Assembly: GCA_965262505.1 (NCBI GenBank)
Contig: CBDHFM010000018.1
Coordinates: 1,173-65,172 of the forward strand
Length of the DNA: 64,000 nt
Direction of reading: 5' to 3'
Source: Vicinamibacterales bacterium
GTDB lineage: Bacteria; Acidobacteriota; Vicinamibacteria; Vicinamibacterales; UBA2999
Both the position numbers and the translations under genes were made by a program. This document shows, one piece after another, positions 48,207-57,973 of the stretch. The notes beneath the pieces are model-generated. The model was not told where the DNA came from. It saw nothing but the letters and a program-made list of their open reading frames with translations, and searched no databases. The stretch's first letter is position 1, and the number at the start of each line of letters is the position of its first letter.

Positions 48207-49231
48207 GCCGTTTCAAAATCGGCCAGCCCGGTTTGCCCCGCGATCACACTGGCCGCCCACGCCGCCCGCGCGGCCCGGCGTGCCCGTTCTTCCTCATACG
48301 CTTCGCGTGCCCGCTTCGCCGCTTCGTACGCTCGTAATTGCCCTTGCGCGAGCGCGATCTCCGCATTGGCCGTGAGCGCCGCCAGCGTCGCTTGCGGAAT
48401 CCGTTGCTCACGCGACAAGTCATCCAACCGCAGATCCGCGAGTTTGGCCGACGATGCGCCGACCTGCTGTACCAGGAAACTCGCCGCATCCGCTTCCGCG
48501 TGCGCGTGTACCAGCGTTGCCGATCCAAGCGCGTCTCGGCCCGCCTCCTCCGCCATCAGCCTACTCACCAGAGCCGCATCGCCGGTCATGCTGTTGAACT
48601 CTGTAGCCGTGAGCAACGGCGCGACCTCCCCGGCCGTTACCATGTCCTCCCACACGCCGCGATAGCTGCGCGTGCCGTCCCCCATGTCCGCGAGCGACGC
48701 CAGCACATCGAGGTTCGCGCCCTCATTCGGCAGCGCCCACGACGCGAACGCACCCGCGAGCGCCGCGCTTGTGTTTGTCGCGGGCCGCTCCCCGAGCAGC
48801 GCCGTGGACGCCGGAGCAAGTTCATTCAGCCACGCGCCTACGTCCGTCACGCCAGGAATCCGTTGCAGGTACGCGCCGATACCCGAGGGGTCTGTTGCTA
48901 ACCCCGTGCCGTCCTTCGCCATCGCCCATTGCCGATCCATCATGTCCCGCACCCGGCCCAGGTTCCCCGCCGCAGGGCTGTTGCTTGCCAGTTGCGTTGT
49001 CATGTTTAAGACCCCATCCATCGACCGAAGCTGGCTCGCCATCTCTCTGATTTGCGACACCAAATGTCCGATCTGGACGATCTGATTTGCAATAATGATC
49101 CCGTCGCAGTTGATGGAGAAGAAGCCGATCCCCCCGCACGCTTGGACTCGCTTCGTGGCCCACGGTGCCATCGTCAGGACTGCCACCATCGCCGCGCCGA
49201 TTACCACCGCCCGCCAGCTTGTTGCCATCAT
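48134..49231 (-). CDS. VirB5/TrbJ-like
   Basis: Signal peptide, IANQIVQIGHLVSQI helical region, operon position. Confidence 0.7.
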   Translation of the reverse strand: MMATSWRAVVIGAAMVAVLTMAPWATKRVQACGGIGFFSINCDGIIIANQIVQIGHLVSQIREMASQLRSMDGVLNMTTQLASNSPAAGNLGRVRDMMDRQWAMAKDGTGLATDPSGIGAYLQRIPGVTDVGAWLNELAPASTALLGERPATNTSAALAGAFASWALPNEGANLDVLASLADMGDGTRSYRGVWEDMVTAGEVAPLLTATEFNSMTGDAALVSRLMAEEAGRDALGSATLVHAHAEADAASFLVQQVGASSAKLADLRLDDLSREQRIPQATLAALTANAEIALAQGQLRAYEAAKRAREAYEEERARRAARAAWAASVIAGQTGLADFETAWDGERTDRQDAARYFPSSQDWGW

Positions 49232-50589
49232 CGGAACATCCTTTCAGGGTGAGCCGCAGGACGCGGCATCAGGAAATCGCCCGTCATCCAGATCCGGAGC
49301 CGGTGCCCGGCCCGAATCGTGATAGTTGGCAGACGATTGAGAAACCGATCAAGAATTTGCGACGACGATTGCCCGAGTCCTTGACTGACGCCGGACTGAA
49401 ACCCCGACCGCCCACCTTCATACGGGTTGCCCGAACCTTGCAACGTGAGCCCCGCAATCGCTCCCACCGCCCCGGCCGCTGCGAACATGGCGAAGTAGTG
49501 TCGATTCACCTGGTCAAGCAACGCGCCCTCACCAAGACCGTTCAGCCCATGAAACGCCAGATTCACCCATCGGCCATCCGGCAGAATCAACCGATGGAAT
49601 CCGACCGCGAGCCGACTCTGATCCTGCGCCCGGACAGGCTGCGCCGTCCCGAGAAACCGCGCCCCGCGCGGAATCAAAATCCGCTGTCGGTCCGACGAAT
49701 AGAACGGGATCGACACTTGCGCCTCGACCGGCCCCGCGAAATCCCCGGAGAGTTGGGTGACGAGCACCCCCGACACCACCGACCCCTCATAGACTCGCTC
49801 AAACCCAGGCGGATCGTTCGGCGTCGTCAGTGTCACCGCATCGGCCGAGGCCGTGATCGCTGGCCCCGTCACACCCGGTACGGTCCGCTCCCACGGCGGT
49901 AATTCCTCCGCGCCGCCCGCCGCCGCTGTTGCCGCGTCCGTGATTTGACTCATCAGTGCTAGCGGATCAAACGGCGCGGGCACAGACGCCGCAGGCTCCG
50001 CTTGCGCCGCTGCCGCCGCCGCCTCCGCTTGCGCCGCTGGCGCGACCGCGCTGATGACTGGCGCGGGCCGGAATGTCTCGACCAGCGCCGGAGTCCGCAA
50101 CGACCGCGCCCGCCGTTCCAGACTTTCTAACCGCAACCGCGCCCGGAGTTCGATCTCATCCGGCGTGAGCATCACCCCCGGCCCGCCGCCGCGCCCGACC
50201 GCGCCTGTAGCCGGACCATCTTGCACACCGTCACCCGGCCCGACGCCGAGCCCCGCCGCCACGCCCGCCGCGCCGCCGAACATGGACGCGAGCGCTTGCT
50301 CCGCGTCCGCGTCACGCTGCGCTTGCTCCACAGCCCGTGCTTGCAACCGCGTTTGTTCCTCCTGCAAATCCGTCAACCGCGTTGACAGTTGTGCGACTTG
50401 CCCGCTCCCCGTGAGGTTCGGCTCCGTTCCTGCCAACGCCTCCGCTGCATCCTCACCCGGCGTACTCCACATCGTTGACAACACCAGCCCGACCAGCACC
50501 ACGGAGAAGAACCCGATCCCCACCGTTCGCAGAATATTGGGCGGCAGCGCCCCGCCCGGATCTTTAATAATCTTTTTCCATTCCTGCAT
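49228..50589 (-). CDS. virB10: VirB10/TrbI-like
   Basis: GSVVSGVLVTQL, IPRGARFLG and LPTITIRAGHRL. Confidence 0.9.
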   Translation of the reverse strand: MQEWKKIIKDPGGALPPNILRTVGIGFFSVVLVGLVLSTMWSTPGEDAAEALAGTEPNLTGSGQVAQLSTRLTDLQEEQTRLQARAVEQAQRDADAEQALASMFGGAAGVAAGLGVGPGDGVQDGPATGAVGRGGGPGVMLTPDEIELRARLRLESLERRARSLRTPALVETFRPAPVISAVAPAAQAEAAAAAAQAEPAASVPAPFDPLALMSQITDAATAAAGGAEELPPWERTVPGVTGPAITASADAVTLTTPNDPPGFERVYEGSVVSGVLVTQLSGDFAGPVEAQVSIPFYSSDRQRILIPRGARFLGTAQPVRAQDQSRLAVGFHRLILPDGRWVNLAFHGLNGLGEGALLDQVNRHYFAMFAAAGAVGAIAGLTLQGSGNPYEGGRSGFQSGVSQGLGQSSSQILDRFLNRLPTITIRAGHRLRIWMTGDFLMPRPAAHPERMFR

Positions 50590-50591
50590 TG

Positions 50592-51383
50592 CTATGGTCC
50601 CGTCCGGCGCGTTGTCAGCGACCACGCCAACCGCTCCCCGTTCACCGCGAGGAACCCCGACCCAAGCACACGCGGCAACACGTACACCGACCCCACCATG
50701 CCCTCAACCGTCACCGCTTCGACCGTTCCCGTGTCGCCAACCTCATACACGACTGGCGCGACCGCTCGCGTCCGCACGTACGTCCGCTCCCCGTCATGCC
50801 ACATTCCTTCGACAAAGAACGGCCCCGCCCGAGGCTCCCGGATGAACTCATACACAAATTGCAACTGCCGAGGGTACGCTTCGCGCCCCGCGTCTAGCTC
50901 CGCCTGGCTTGCCAATCGGGCCGCGTCTACCCGCTCGACCGCCGCCGCTTCCGCAACCGCGACCGCGACCCACGCCGCCGCCGAGGATCGCGCCGCCGCC
51001 GCCACCGTGGCAACCGGCGCTAAGACCGGCCCGGTCCCCGGTCCTTCCGCCGCGCCCAGGCGCACGACTGCATCAACCACGCCCTCACTGCGTTCGATCA
51101 CCACCACCGGCAGGACCGCGCCCGAGGCCGTCAGAATGACAAGGTTCGATTCAGCGCCCGCCATCAACGGCCGGACAAACGCCAAATGCGCCGCCGCCGA
51201 CACGTCCCAGTACTCCGCGTCGCCCACTACCACATTCACGATTGTTTCCGCGCGTGGCAACACGAGCGTCGTCACGTGCCGCACTCGCGTGGTCACGGTG
51301 CGCGGCTCGTCGTCCTGTTGTGCCGCCGCCGAGCTGGTCAGCACGCCGACGAGCGCCACGAGTACCGCCGTCCACTTTCGCAT
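50592..51383 (-). CDS. VirB9/TrbG-like (second)
   Basis: HVTTLVLP...VVGDAEYW...FVRP...WHDGERTY. Confidence 0.8.
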   Translation of the reverse strand: MRKWTAVLVALVGVLTSSAAAQQDDEPRTVTTRVRHVTTLVLPRAETIVNVVVGDAEYWDVSAAAHLAFVRPLMAGAESNLVILTASGAVLPVVVIERSEGVVDAVVRLGAAEGPGTGPVLAPVATVAAAARSSAAAWVAVAVAEAAAVERVDAARLASQAELDAGREAYPRQLQFVYEFIREPRAGPFFVEGMWHDGERTYVRTRAVAPVVYEVGDTGTVEAVTVEGMVGSVYVLPRVLGSGFLAVNGERLAWSLTTRRTGP

Positions 51384-51416
51384 CCCGTCCCCCTCCCGTG
51401 AGAATCCGCAACGCTG

Positions 51417-52331
51417 TTACCGTTTAATCACCCAATTCGCCACCACGGACCCGCCGACGAGCGCCCCCACAATCGTGTACCGCTTCCGCTTCGACATGGG
51501 CTGTTGCGGCCGAGGCCGCACATCACCCCACTCCGTCCACAACTCGCCAATCACCAACCGCCCAGGGCCAAGCACATGATCCGCGACATACAACCCGTCA
51601 TCGTGTAGCTGATACGCCACCAGCGTTTGAGTCCCGTCCGTCGTGTACTCGTACAGCGCGGGCGTTTCCTGTGCCCGCGACCGCAGATACGTCAATCGAC
51701 CGTCATGCCACAATCCTTCGACAAGAAACGGTGCAGCCCGCGCCCGCGCCTCTAGCCGGTACGGAAACTCGATCCGCCCCGGATACTCCCCGAGCCACGC
51801 CGCCGCGAGTGCCGCGTGCTCCGCTCGCACCACCGCCACATCCGCGATCGCCGCCGCCTCGACCCCCGCGAGCGCCGACAACGCCTCCGCGTGTGTCACC
51901 TGTTCCGCCGCCAACTCCGCCGCGGCCGTGAAGGCCAGCGGCATCGCCCGGCCGAGCGTGCCCCCTCCGACGACGGGCGGATCGATATAGACCACCAGAT
52001 CCGGATCGTCGTCCGACGACTCCGACACCAGCAGCGCCCACACCCGGCCGCTCTCACCAACGAGCGTTACGTTGCTGGCCGCCGCCGCCTCTAGCGGTTT
52101 GATGTACGCGACGTGGCCGGACACCGACACGTCCCAGTACTCCCCGTCACCCGCCACCACATCCACAATTGTTTCCGACGCCGGTACAACCACCGTCGTC
52201 GTGTGCCGCACTTGCGTCACCACCGCGATCGGCTCCCCCTCATCGATCACCGTCCGAATCCCTTGAGCCTGTACGTTGCCCGCCAGCGCCAGCAGCGCCA
52301 GCAGTGCCAGCGGTCCCCGCTTCTCTCTCAC
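51417..52331 (-). CDS. VirB9/TrbG-like (first)
   Basis: HTTTVVVP...VAGDGEYW...YIKP...WHDGRLTY, plus a C-terminal TM segment. Confidence 0.8.
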   Translation of the reverse strand: MREKRGPLALLALLALAGNVQAQGIRTVIDEGEPIAVVTQVRHTTTVVVPASETIVDVVAGDGEYWDVSVSGHVAYIKPLEAAAASNVTLVGESGRVWALLVSESSDDDPDLVVYIDPPVVGGGTLGRAMPLAFTAAAELAAEQVTHAEALSALAGVEAAAIADVAVVRAEHAALAAAWLGEYPGRIEFPYRLEARARAAPFLVEGLWHDGRLTYLRSRAQETPALYEYTTDGTQTLVAYQLHDDGLYVADHVLGPGRLVIGELWTEWGDVRPRPQQPMSKRKRYTIVGALVGGSVVANWVIKR

Positions 52332-52535
52332 GGTCCCCCTCCCTTTCCGTCCGTTCCCCGACCCGCGCGACCTCGAGCACGACGCCGGCCAGGCCGGCGA
52401 CGCCGGGCCGCGTCCTCCCACGCTCCGCAAGCGACCCACTACCCGGCCCACCCACCACGAAATCAACGAGAGCGCCACGTACACACCCTCGATTCACCCG
52501 AAACCGCCCGCCCGCGCCCTTGACGCGCGGACACG

Positions 52536-54974
52536 CTACCCAACGCCGCCCACCGCTGGCTCCCGATCCCGGCCCGCCGCCAGCCGCACGATCGCCCCCT
52601 CGACACCCCACCGCTCGACCGCCGCCGCCCGTCGTGCCGCATCGGTGGCCGACGACGTATAGAGCCAGTAACTTTCGGGATCAACCACGAGCTTGAGTAC
52701 CGCCGCCGCGTTCGACCGGCGTAAAAACAATTCCCGTTTCGGTTCCAGCCCTCGAATCGTTTTAAGCTCGTCCTCGGAGAGCCCGAACGTCGCCGCGCCC
52801 GCTGCCGGAAAATCGGGGTTTGCTAAAAAGAGTCGTGTGGGCATCGACTCTAAAAGCGTTTGCGTCCCCGGCGTGGCCGTCAGGTCCGTCACGCTTTGCG
52901 TCGCCAGCACGAGCGCCGCATTGCGCTTCCGCCAGGTTTTTGCCGCCTCGACCAGCCGCGCCAGGACCGTAGGATCGCGCAAGTACCGCCACGCCTCATC
53001 GACCACCATCAGCTTGAGCCGCCCGATCTCCCCCGGTGCCTCGATCTCCGCCCGGAGCTTTTCGAGCAGGTACAAGAGCGCCGCCTCGCACCAGTCCTCA
53101 TGTTCGACCGCCCCGGCCAGGTCGATCACTTGCCAATCTCCCAGGGTCAGATCCGCCTCGTCGGACGGCGGATTGTCAAACCACCGTCCCCACACGCCAG
53201 CCCCATGCCACCGCGACAGCGCAGGCCACATCAGACGCGGCAACGACCGCGCGAGGTTTCCCAGGGACCGGCGCGGGCGCGGGAGCGCATACAAATCCTC
53301 AATCCGCGACCGCACTTCCGACAAATCGCCGCTCTGCGGCTCCCACCCGCCAATCTTGAGCAGCCGCAGCACCCAGGCCGACAGGAATTGCATCGACCGT
53401 TCCGAGTGTTCCAGGGCGAACGGCCGCAGCGCGATCGCATCGTCCTCCGGTGAGACTTCCAGATAGCCGCCGCCGAGGAACTGTGTCAGCGACCGATACG
53501 ACCCGCCCAGGTCAAGAATCAACACACGCGGGTTGTATTGCAGCGCTTGCACGAGCAGATAGTTCAGCGTGAAACTTTTCCCGGCCCCCGTGGCCCCGAG
53601 CATCAACGTGTGGCCCACGTCGCGCCCGCCGAACAAGTCATAGTGATACGGCGTGCCCGAAGTCGTCTCGAACACCGTGAGCGCGGGCGCGTCAAGGTGA
53701 GCGCACCGCGCCTCCCCGCGCGGAGCCCCGAACAACGGCGCGAGCGTGGCCGCTACCCCCGCCGACACGAACACCACGCGCGGATTCCGCGCACGCGGTT
53801 GACCCGGTAAGCGCCCGAACCAGACCGCCAGTTGCCCGTACGTTTCCCGCGTCACCTTCGCATCGAGCGCCCCGAACACCCGGCCCAGGTCCGCGCCCCA
53901 CTGGTCAAGTTGTCCCGTCGTCCCCGGAATCACGATCGACAACGCGACCTCCCCGTACCCCACGCCGTCCGCTTCGAGTTCCACGAGCGCCGCGCCCGCG
54001 CGGTCCGCTTCAATCGTGGCCGCCGCATCTTCCATCGCGGCCGTGGTGCCCTCTTTTTCTTGCATATGGGCACCCATCGAATACCGCTTACTGAAGTAGT
54101 GCCGTTGCGTTGACCGCATTTTGCTTCGCGCCGCGTTCCGCGCCCACGGTCGCCATTCCAGCACCACCGTCATGGGCGCTTGAATCCCGCCGTACAGATC
54201 CCCCAGGGCGTTCGCCGTTACGTTGGCCGGTGGCGCAACGCACGACCACACCCCTATTTGCTCCCCGCCGACGTGCAACACGTCCCGATCGGCCGCCAGG
54301 TCCGCGCCCGCCATCCGCCAATTCACCCCCGCATCGGTCCGCGTCCCTTCGACCCATGCCCCGACCCCGCCGTTCACGAGCCGGTACAGCACCCGCGCCG
54401 CCGCCAATGATGACAAGAGCACAATCTCCGTCGCGTCACTCACCCGCGCGACGCTGGCCGACACAAGACTCTCGTGAGTGTTGACGGCCCGTTCCAGATC
54501 GGCCGCGAGATAGACTGACTCGTGAGGATGCTGCCGCCGCTTCCGCCATTGCTCCGCCCGCGAGCGCAACCACCCACCACGTCCGTTACGTTGCTCGACC
54601 CCGTGACGCAGCCGAGGATTGAAACACCAGACCGCATGAACCGACACATCCTGCACACGGTCCGCGAGGAACGCGAACCGTTTCCGTTGCGCGAGCGCCG
54701 CAATGTCCCCGAGCCCGGCCGGGGGATCGGGAAATCCCACCGCCCGCCGTTCCATGATCCAGGAGAGCCGCATCCCGTCCGGCAACCCCGACAACATTTG
54801 TTGCCACCGCCCGGATACCGCATCGAGATCCGCCGCCGAGCGCCCATCTACCGCGACCGTCGCCACCGTCCCGACCGTCACTAATTCTCCGCTCAGGGTC
54901 AGGCACGTCCGATCCGTCACCCACCCCCAGTACGGAATCTCATGCGCGAGCGCCCCCACGTCCCCCTCAATCAT
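52536..54974 (-). CDS. virB4: VirB4/TrbE ATPase
   Basis: GATGAGKS, LDLGGSY, VVDEAW, RKRNA and ATQS. Confidence 0.93.
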   Translation of the reverse strand: MIEGDVGALAHEIPYWGWVTDRTCLTLSGELVTVGTVATVAVDGRSAADLDAVSGRWQQMLSGLPDGMRLSWIMERRAVGFPDPPAGLGDIAALAQRKRFAFLADRVQDVSVHAVWCFNPRLRHGVEQRNGRGGWLRSRAEQWRKRRQHPHESVYLAADLERAVNTHESLVSASVARVSDATEIVLLSSLAAARVLYRLVNGGVGAWVEGTRTDAGVNWRMAGADLAADRDVLHVGGEQIGVWSCVAPPANVTANALGDLYGGIQAPMTVVLEWRPWARNAARSKMRSTQRHYFSKRYSMGAHMQEKEGTTAAMEDAAATIEADRAGAALVELEADGVGYGEVALSIVIPGTTGQLDQWGADLGRVFGALDAKVTRETYGQLAVWFGRLPGQPRARNPRVVFVSAGVAATLAPLFGAPRGEARCAHLDAPALTVFETTSGTPYHYDLFGGRDVGHTLMLGATGAGKSFTLNYLLVQALQYNPRVLILDLGGSYRSLTQFLGGGYLEVSPEDDAIALRPFALEHSERSMQFLSAWVLRLLKIGGWEPQSGDLSEVRSRIEDLYALPRPRRSLGNLARSLPRLMWPALSRWHGAGVWGRWFDNPPSDEADLTLGDWQVIDLAGAVEHEDWCEAALLYLLEKLRAEIEAPGEIGRLKLMVVDEAWRYLRDPTVLARLVEAAKTWRKRNAALVLATQSVTDLTATPGTQTLLESMPTRLFLANPDFPAAGAATFGLSEDELKTIRGLEPKRELFLRRSNAAAVLKLVVDPESYWLYTSSATDAARRAAAVERWGVEGAIVRLAAGRDREPAVGGVG

Positions 54975-55284
54975 GCCCGCCGCTCTTAATCACAAGGATG
55001 TACGGCGACGTATCGAGCAGCAGCCCGGCATCGTACCGACTCCGATACCGAATCGCCGCCCGAACGACCATCACCATATTTTCGTCATACCGCCACGCGA
55101 AGAACCCCGCCACGTACATCAGCGTGAACGTCACCACGCCCAAGAGCAGACTGTTCACCGTGTTCCACAGGCCCGCGCCCAACACCGCCGACATGAGGAA
55201 AAATCGACGTTCGACCCCCATGATCGTGAGCGGTTGACTCATGACGCCGTACCCGTGCCAGATGCGAGTGCCACGGCTCGCCAC
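54967..55284 (-). CDS. virB3: VirB3/TrbD-like
   Basis: SQPLTIMGVERR followed by two TM segments. Confidence 0.85.
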   Translation of the reverse strand: MASRGTRIWHGYGVMSQPLTIMGVERRFFLMSAVLGAGLWNTVNSLLLGVVTFTLMYVAGFFAWRYDENMVMVVRAAIRYRSRYDAGLLLDTSPYILVIKSGGHD

Positions 55285-55286
55285 GG

Positions 55287-55565
55287 TCAGAACATCCAGG
55301 TAATGAAGTTCGCCGCGCCGAGCGCCATCCCCAGGCCGAAAATGATCCCGGCCAGCGCGGATTTGCTGCCGCCCTCACCGAACGCGAACATCAGCCCGCC
55401 GACCACGATGGACACGAGCGCCAGGCCCCGCGCGATCGGTCCGGTGAACGCCGTAGATAAGTTCGCCACCGCATCCACCCAGGGCGACGTGCCTTGCGCT
55501 AGAACCTCCGCCGGTACGATCATCACCGCCGCCGACACGACCATCACGATTCGTAGTACTGCCAT
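55287..55565 (-). CDS. virB2: VirB2/TrbC pilin
   Basis: Signal peptide; SPW...FTGPIARGLALVSIVVGGLMFAFGEG. Confidence 0.9.
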   Translation of the reverse strand: MAVLRIVMVVSAAVMIVPAEVLAQGTSPWVDAVANLSTAFTGPIARGLALVSIVVGGLMFAFGEGGSKSALAGIIFGLGMALGAANFITWMF

Positions 55566-55586
55566 GACCCCTTCCCTTTCGCGTTG

Positions 55587-55784
55587 TCAGCGTGACGAGA
55601 AATGCCACCAGTAGAGTGTCAGCGCGTACAGGACCATCCCCACGCCACCCGCCAGGCCCCGCGCGATCACCGCGTGTTCCCCGGCCTCACGAGGGAGATA
55701 CCGGAACATGAGCCCCGCAACCGTCATCGCGCCCATCGACAAGAACCACACCACTTGAGGCCAGACACTCGGATTTGTCTTCAT
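55587..55784 (-). CDS. Small membrane protein
   Basis: Two TM segments; in operon. Confidence 0.6.
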   Translation of the reverse strand: MKTNPSVWPQVVWFLSMGAMTVAGLMFRYLPREAGEHAVIARGLAGGVGMVLYALTLYWWHFSSR

Positions 55785-56104
55785 CCCTCTCTATGCTTCC
55801 CGCTCGCATCCTCCGCGAGCCGTTCCGATAGTTCTGGATCTTGCCCCGCTCCGCGCCGGATCGCCCGCTCGACCACATCGACCTTGCTTCCGATCGCGCC
55901 CAACGACAGCGACCGCGCCGCGATATAGATCCCCGTGGCGAGCGTTGCCAACGCGAGACTTCCATGAGCGCCGATATACCACCCGTAATCGCTCACGAGT
56001 ACTTGCCAGAACGGCCGCAGGTACGCGAGTTCGACCCACAGGCCCCACGTCGCCACGGCCCCAACCGTCATCGTCAAACCCAACGCCACCCGCCACGGCT
56101 TCAT
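55781..56104 (-). CDS. Membrane protein
   Basis: Two TM segments; translationally coupled to its neighbours. Confidence 0.65.
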   Translation of the reverse strand: MKPWRVALGLTMTVGAVATWGLWVELAYLRPFWQVLVSDYGWYIGAHGSLALATLATGIYIAARSLSLGAIGSKVDVVERAIRRGAGQDPELSERLAEDASGKHREG

Positions 56105-57024
56105 ATCTCAAAGACCTCATTCATGTCTCGACTGCCGCCGCCGCGCCCGCCGCGCCGACTGCCGCTGCCCCCGCTTCCCGCGAGCGCCCGGCGCACGAAG
56201 TCCGCTGCGCCGCCCGCCGCCGCGTACATCTGAAATCCCGCCGCCGCCTTTGCCCGGACCGTCGCCCCGCTGTAGTGCTGCGATGCAACCTCGACACTCG
56301 CCCGGCCCGCCCGGCCCGCCGCATCGGTGTACTCAATGTGTGCGTCAGGAAACAGCACCTTGCCATCCTCCGACACCGGAAGCGCTAACTCGCCCGCCAG
56401 CCGCCGCCGCTCCGCGTCTGCCGCCTCGCGGCCCTCCCCTTGCCGCACCCGCTCCGTCCCCCTGGCCACCGCGCCCTTGAGTTCAGCATCGACCCGCACC
56501 AGCGTGACGCGCCCGCCCTCCGCCTCGATCCGCTCCGACGCATCACACGCGGCCCGGTAGACGGCGCAATCGTGGTCTAGGTCCGACGCCTTGACGACCC
56601 CGGACCATCCGCGTTGATCCTCCCGTCCGGCCCGCGCCCATAAAATCTGTGCCCGCTCGACTCCGGCAGGCGTCGCCACCACAACGGCGAAGGTGCCCCC
56701 GTTCGGACCCGTCCCCTCGACCCGTTCAATCCACCCCGCCCGTTCCGCTTTCGCGATCCCGCGCCCCCCCGCGTATGGGTGTCCGTCAAACTGTTGTGTG
56801 ACCAGATCCGCGAACGCCACCGCGCGGAACGCCGCCGCGGCCTGGACCACGCCATCGACCCGATCCGTAAACTCCCGGCGCGGTTCCCGCGCGACATGCT
56901 CCCGCCGATGCCCCGTCCGCGCCGGTTCCTGTGACCGCTCCGCCGCCCGGTCAAGACCCGGGCGTGACGACTCATCCTCCCGGTCAGGAACCGGCGACGG
57001 CTCGACTTCCAGATCAATATTCAT
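56101..57024 (-). CDS. Relaxase candidate (Replic_Relax / MOB_C-like, PD-(D/E)XK type)
   Basis: wHTH-like N-terminal region, DLDHD, FPDAHIEY...SVEV; first gene of the tra operon. Assignment is inference. Confidence 0.55.
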   Translation of the reverse strand: MNIDLEVEPSPVPDREDESSRPGLDRAAERSQEPARTGHRREHVAREPRREFTDRVDGVVQAAAAFRAVAFADLVTQQFDGHPYAGGRGIAKAERAGWIERVEGTGPNGGTFAVVVATPAGVERAQILWARAGREDQRGWSGVVKASDLDHDCAVYRAACDASERIEAEGGRVTLVRVDAELKGAVARGTERVRQGEGREAADAERRRLAGELALPVSEDGKVLFPDAHIEYTDAAGRAGRASVEVASQHYSGATVRAKAAAGFQMYAAAGGAADFVRRALAGSGGSGSRRGGRGGGSRDMNEVFEI

Positions 57025-57100
57025 GGCTCCCGGAATCCGTGACAGGTTCGGGCGCTGGACGATGCGGGCGTGCCGCACGCCGGGAGCCCGTCCACGGTCA

Positions 57101-57523
57101 TCAGGTCACGAATCGCCATCGCCGCGTTCCTTTCATCGTCCCGCCCCGCCCGGTCTCTCTGGGTGGCCCCTCGTCGTCCCGCCACACGCGCCCACACACG
57201 CGGCACACGGGCCGAATACCCACGTGTCTGACGGCTGGGGCGATGGTTGTGGATCGAGGGGGCCGAGGGGAAGGTGTATCCGTCACGCGCCGGAGGCGGC
57301 GCCGCGCGCGGTAGGCCCGTTGGCGATCCCGGTGATCGAGCCGGCCTTCCAGGCTGCGCTGATGCCGCGCGTTCGCCTGCCGCCGTTGACGGCGTTGCGC
57401 GGTCGCGCGACAGTGATCCCCACAGTAGGCCTGCCCCCGGTAGCAGGACCCACAGATGGAGAACACCGTGCCGCACCCCGCCCCGCGGCACCGCACCGTG
57501 CGCCACGCCACGGCTCTGGCCAT
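57101..57523 (-). CDS. Cys-rich putative Zn-binding protein
   Basis: CRGAGC, CGSC, YCGDHC and CRVC motifs; Arg-rich helix. Confidence 0.6.
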   Translation of the reverse strand: MARAVAWRTVRCRGAGCGTVFSICGSCYRGQAYCGDHCRATAQRRQRRQANARHQRSLEGRLDHRDRQRAYRARRRLRRVTDTPSPRPPRSTTIAPAVRHVGIRPVCRVCGRVWRDDEGPPRETGRGGTMKGTRRWRFVT

Positions 57524-57808
57524 CGCCCCTGCACGCCGCGCCGGCTGCGCCGTGTGAGGAGGCGGCGTGGCGTGACGGGGGAGACCGACCGACCGGCGTG
57601 GGCGTACGGAGGCGCGCGTCCAGGTGGGCGGCGATCACGCGCACACACGACTCCCGACGCAGGCGCGATCGCTCGCGCGCGACCGGCGCGTCCCTCGCGG
57701 GTCAGCCGGTCAGGTCGCTCGCAGACGCGCCGATCGCCGGCTCGCGCACGGCCGCGTCGCGTGCGTTCCTGGCGCCGCCTCGACCCGCGGCCGCCCGTCG
57801 CCCGCGCA

Positions 57809-57973
57809 TCAGGTGCCTGCCCCGCCCCGCTGCGACAGCCGCATCACGCCCAGCCGGAGCAGGACCAGCGCCAGGAGCAGCTGCCCGAGCAGCGGGCGGG
57901 CCGATACTGGTTCCGGCTCAGGTTCGGGTTCGGGTTCCGGCTCAGGTTCGATGCCACCGCCACCACCGGGGGG
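57809..57973 (-). pseudogene. Relic C-terminal sorting tail of a surface protein
   Basis: PPGGGGGIEPEPEPEPEPEPVSARPLLGQLLLALVLL...; upstream frame is broken. Confidence 0.65.

Noticed and set aside
57910-57950. Hexamer repeat as a contingency locus
   Set aside because: It encodes the Pro-Glu linker of a dead surface-protein tail.
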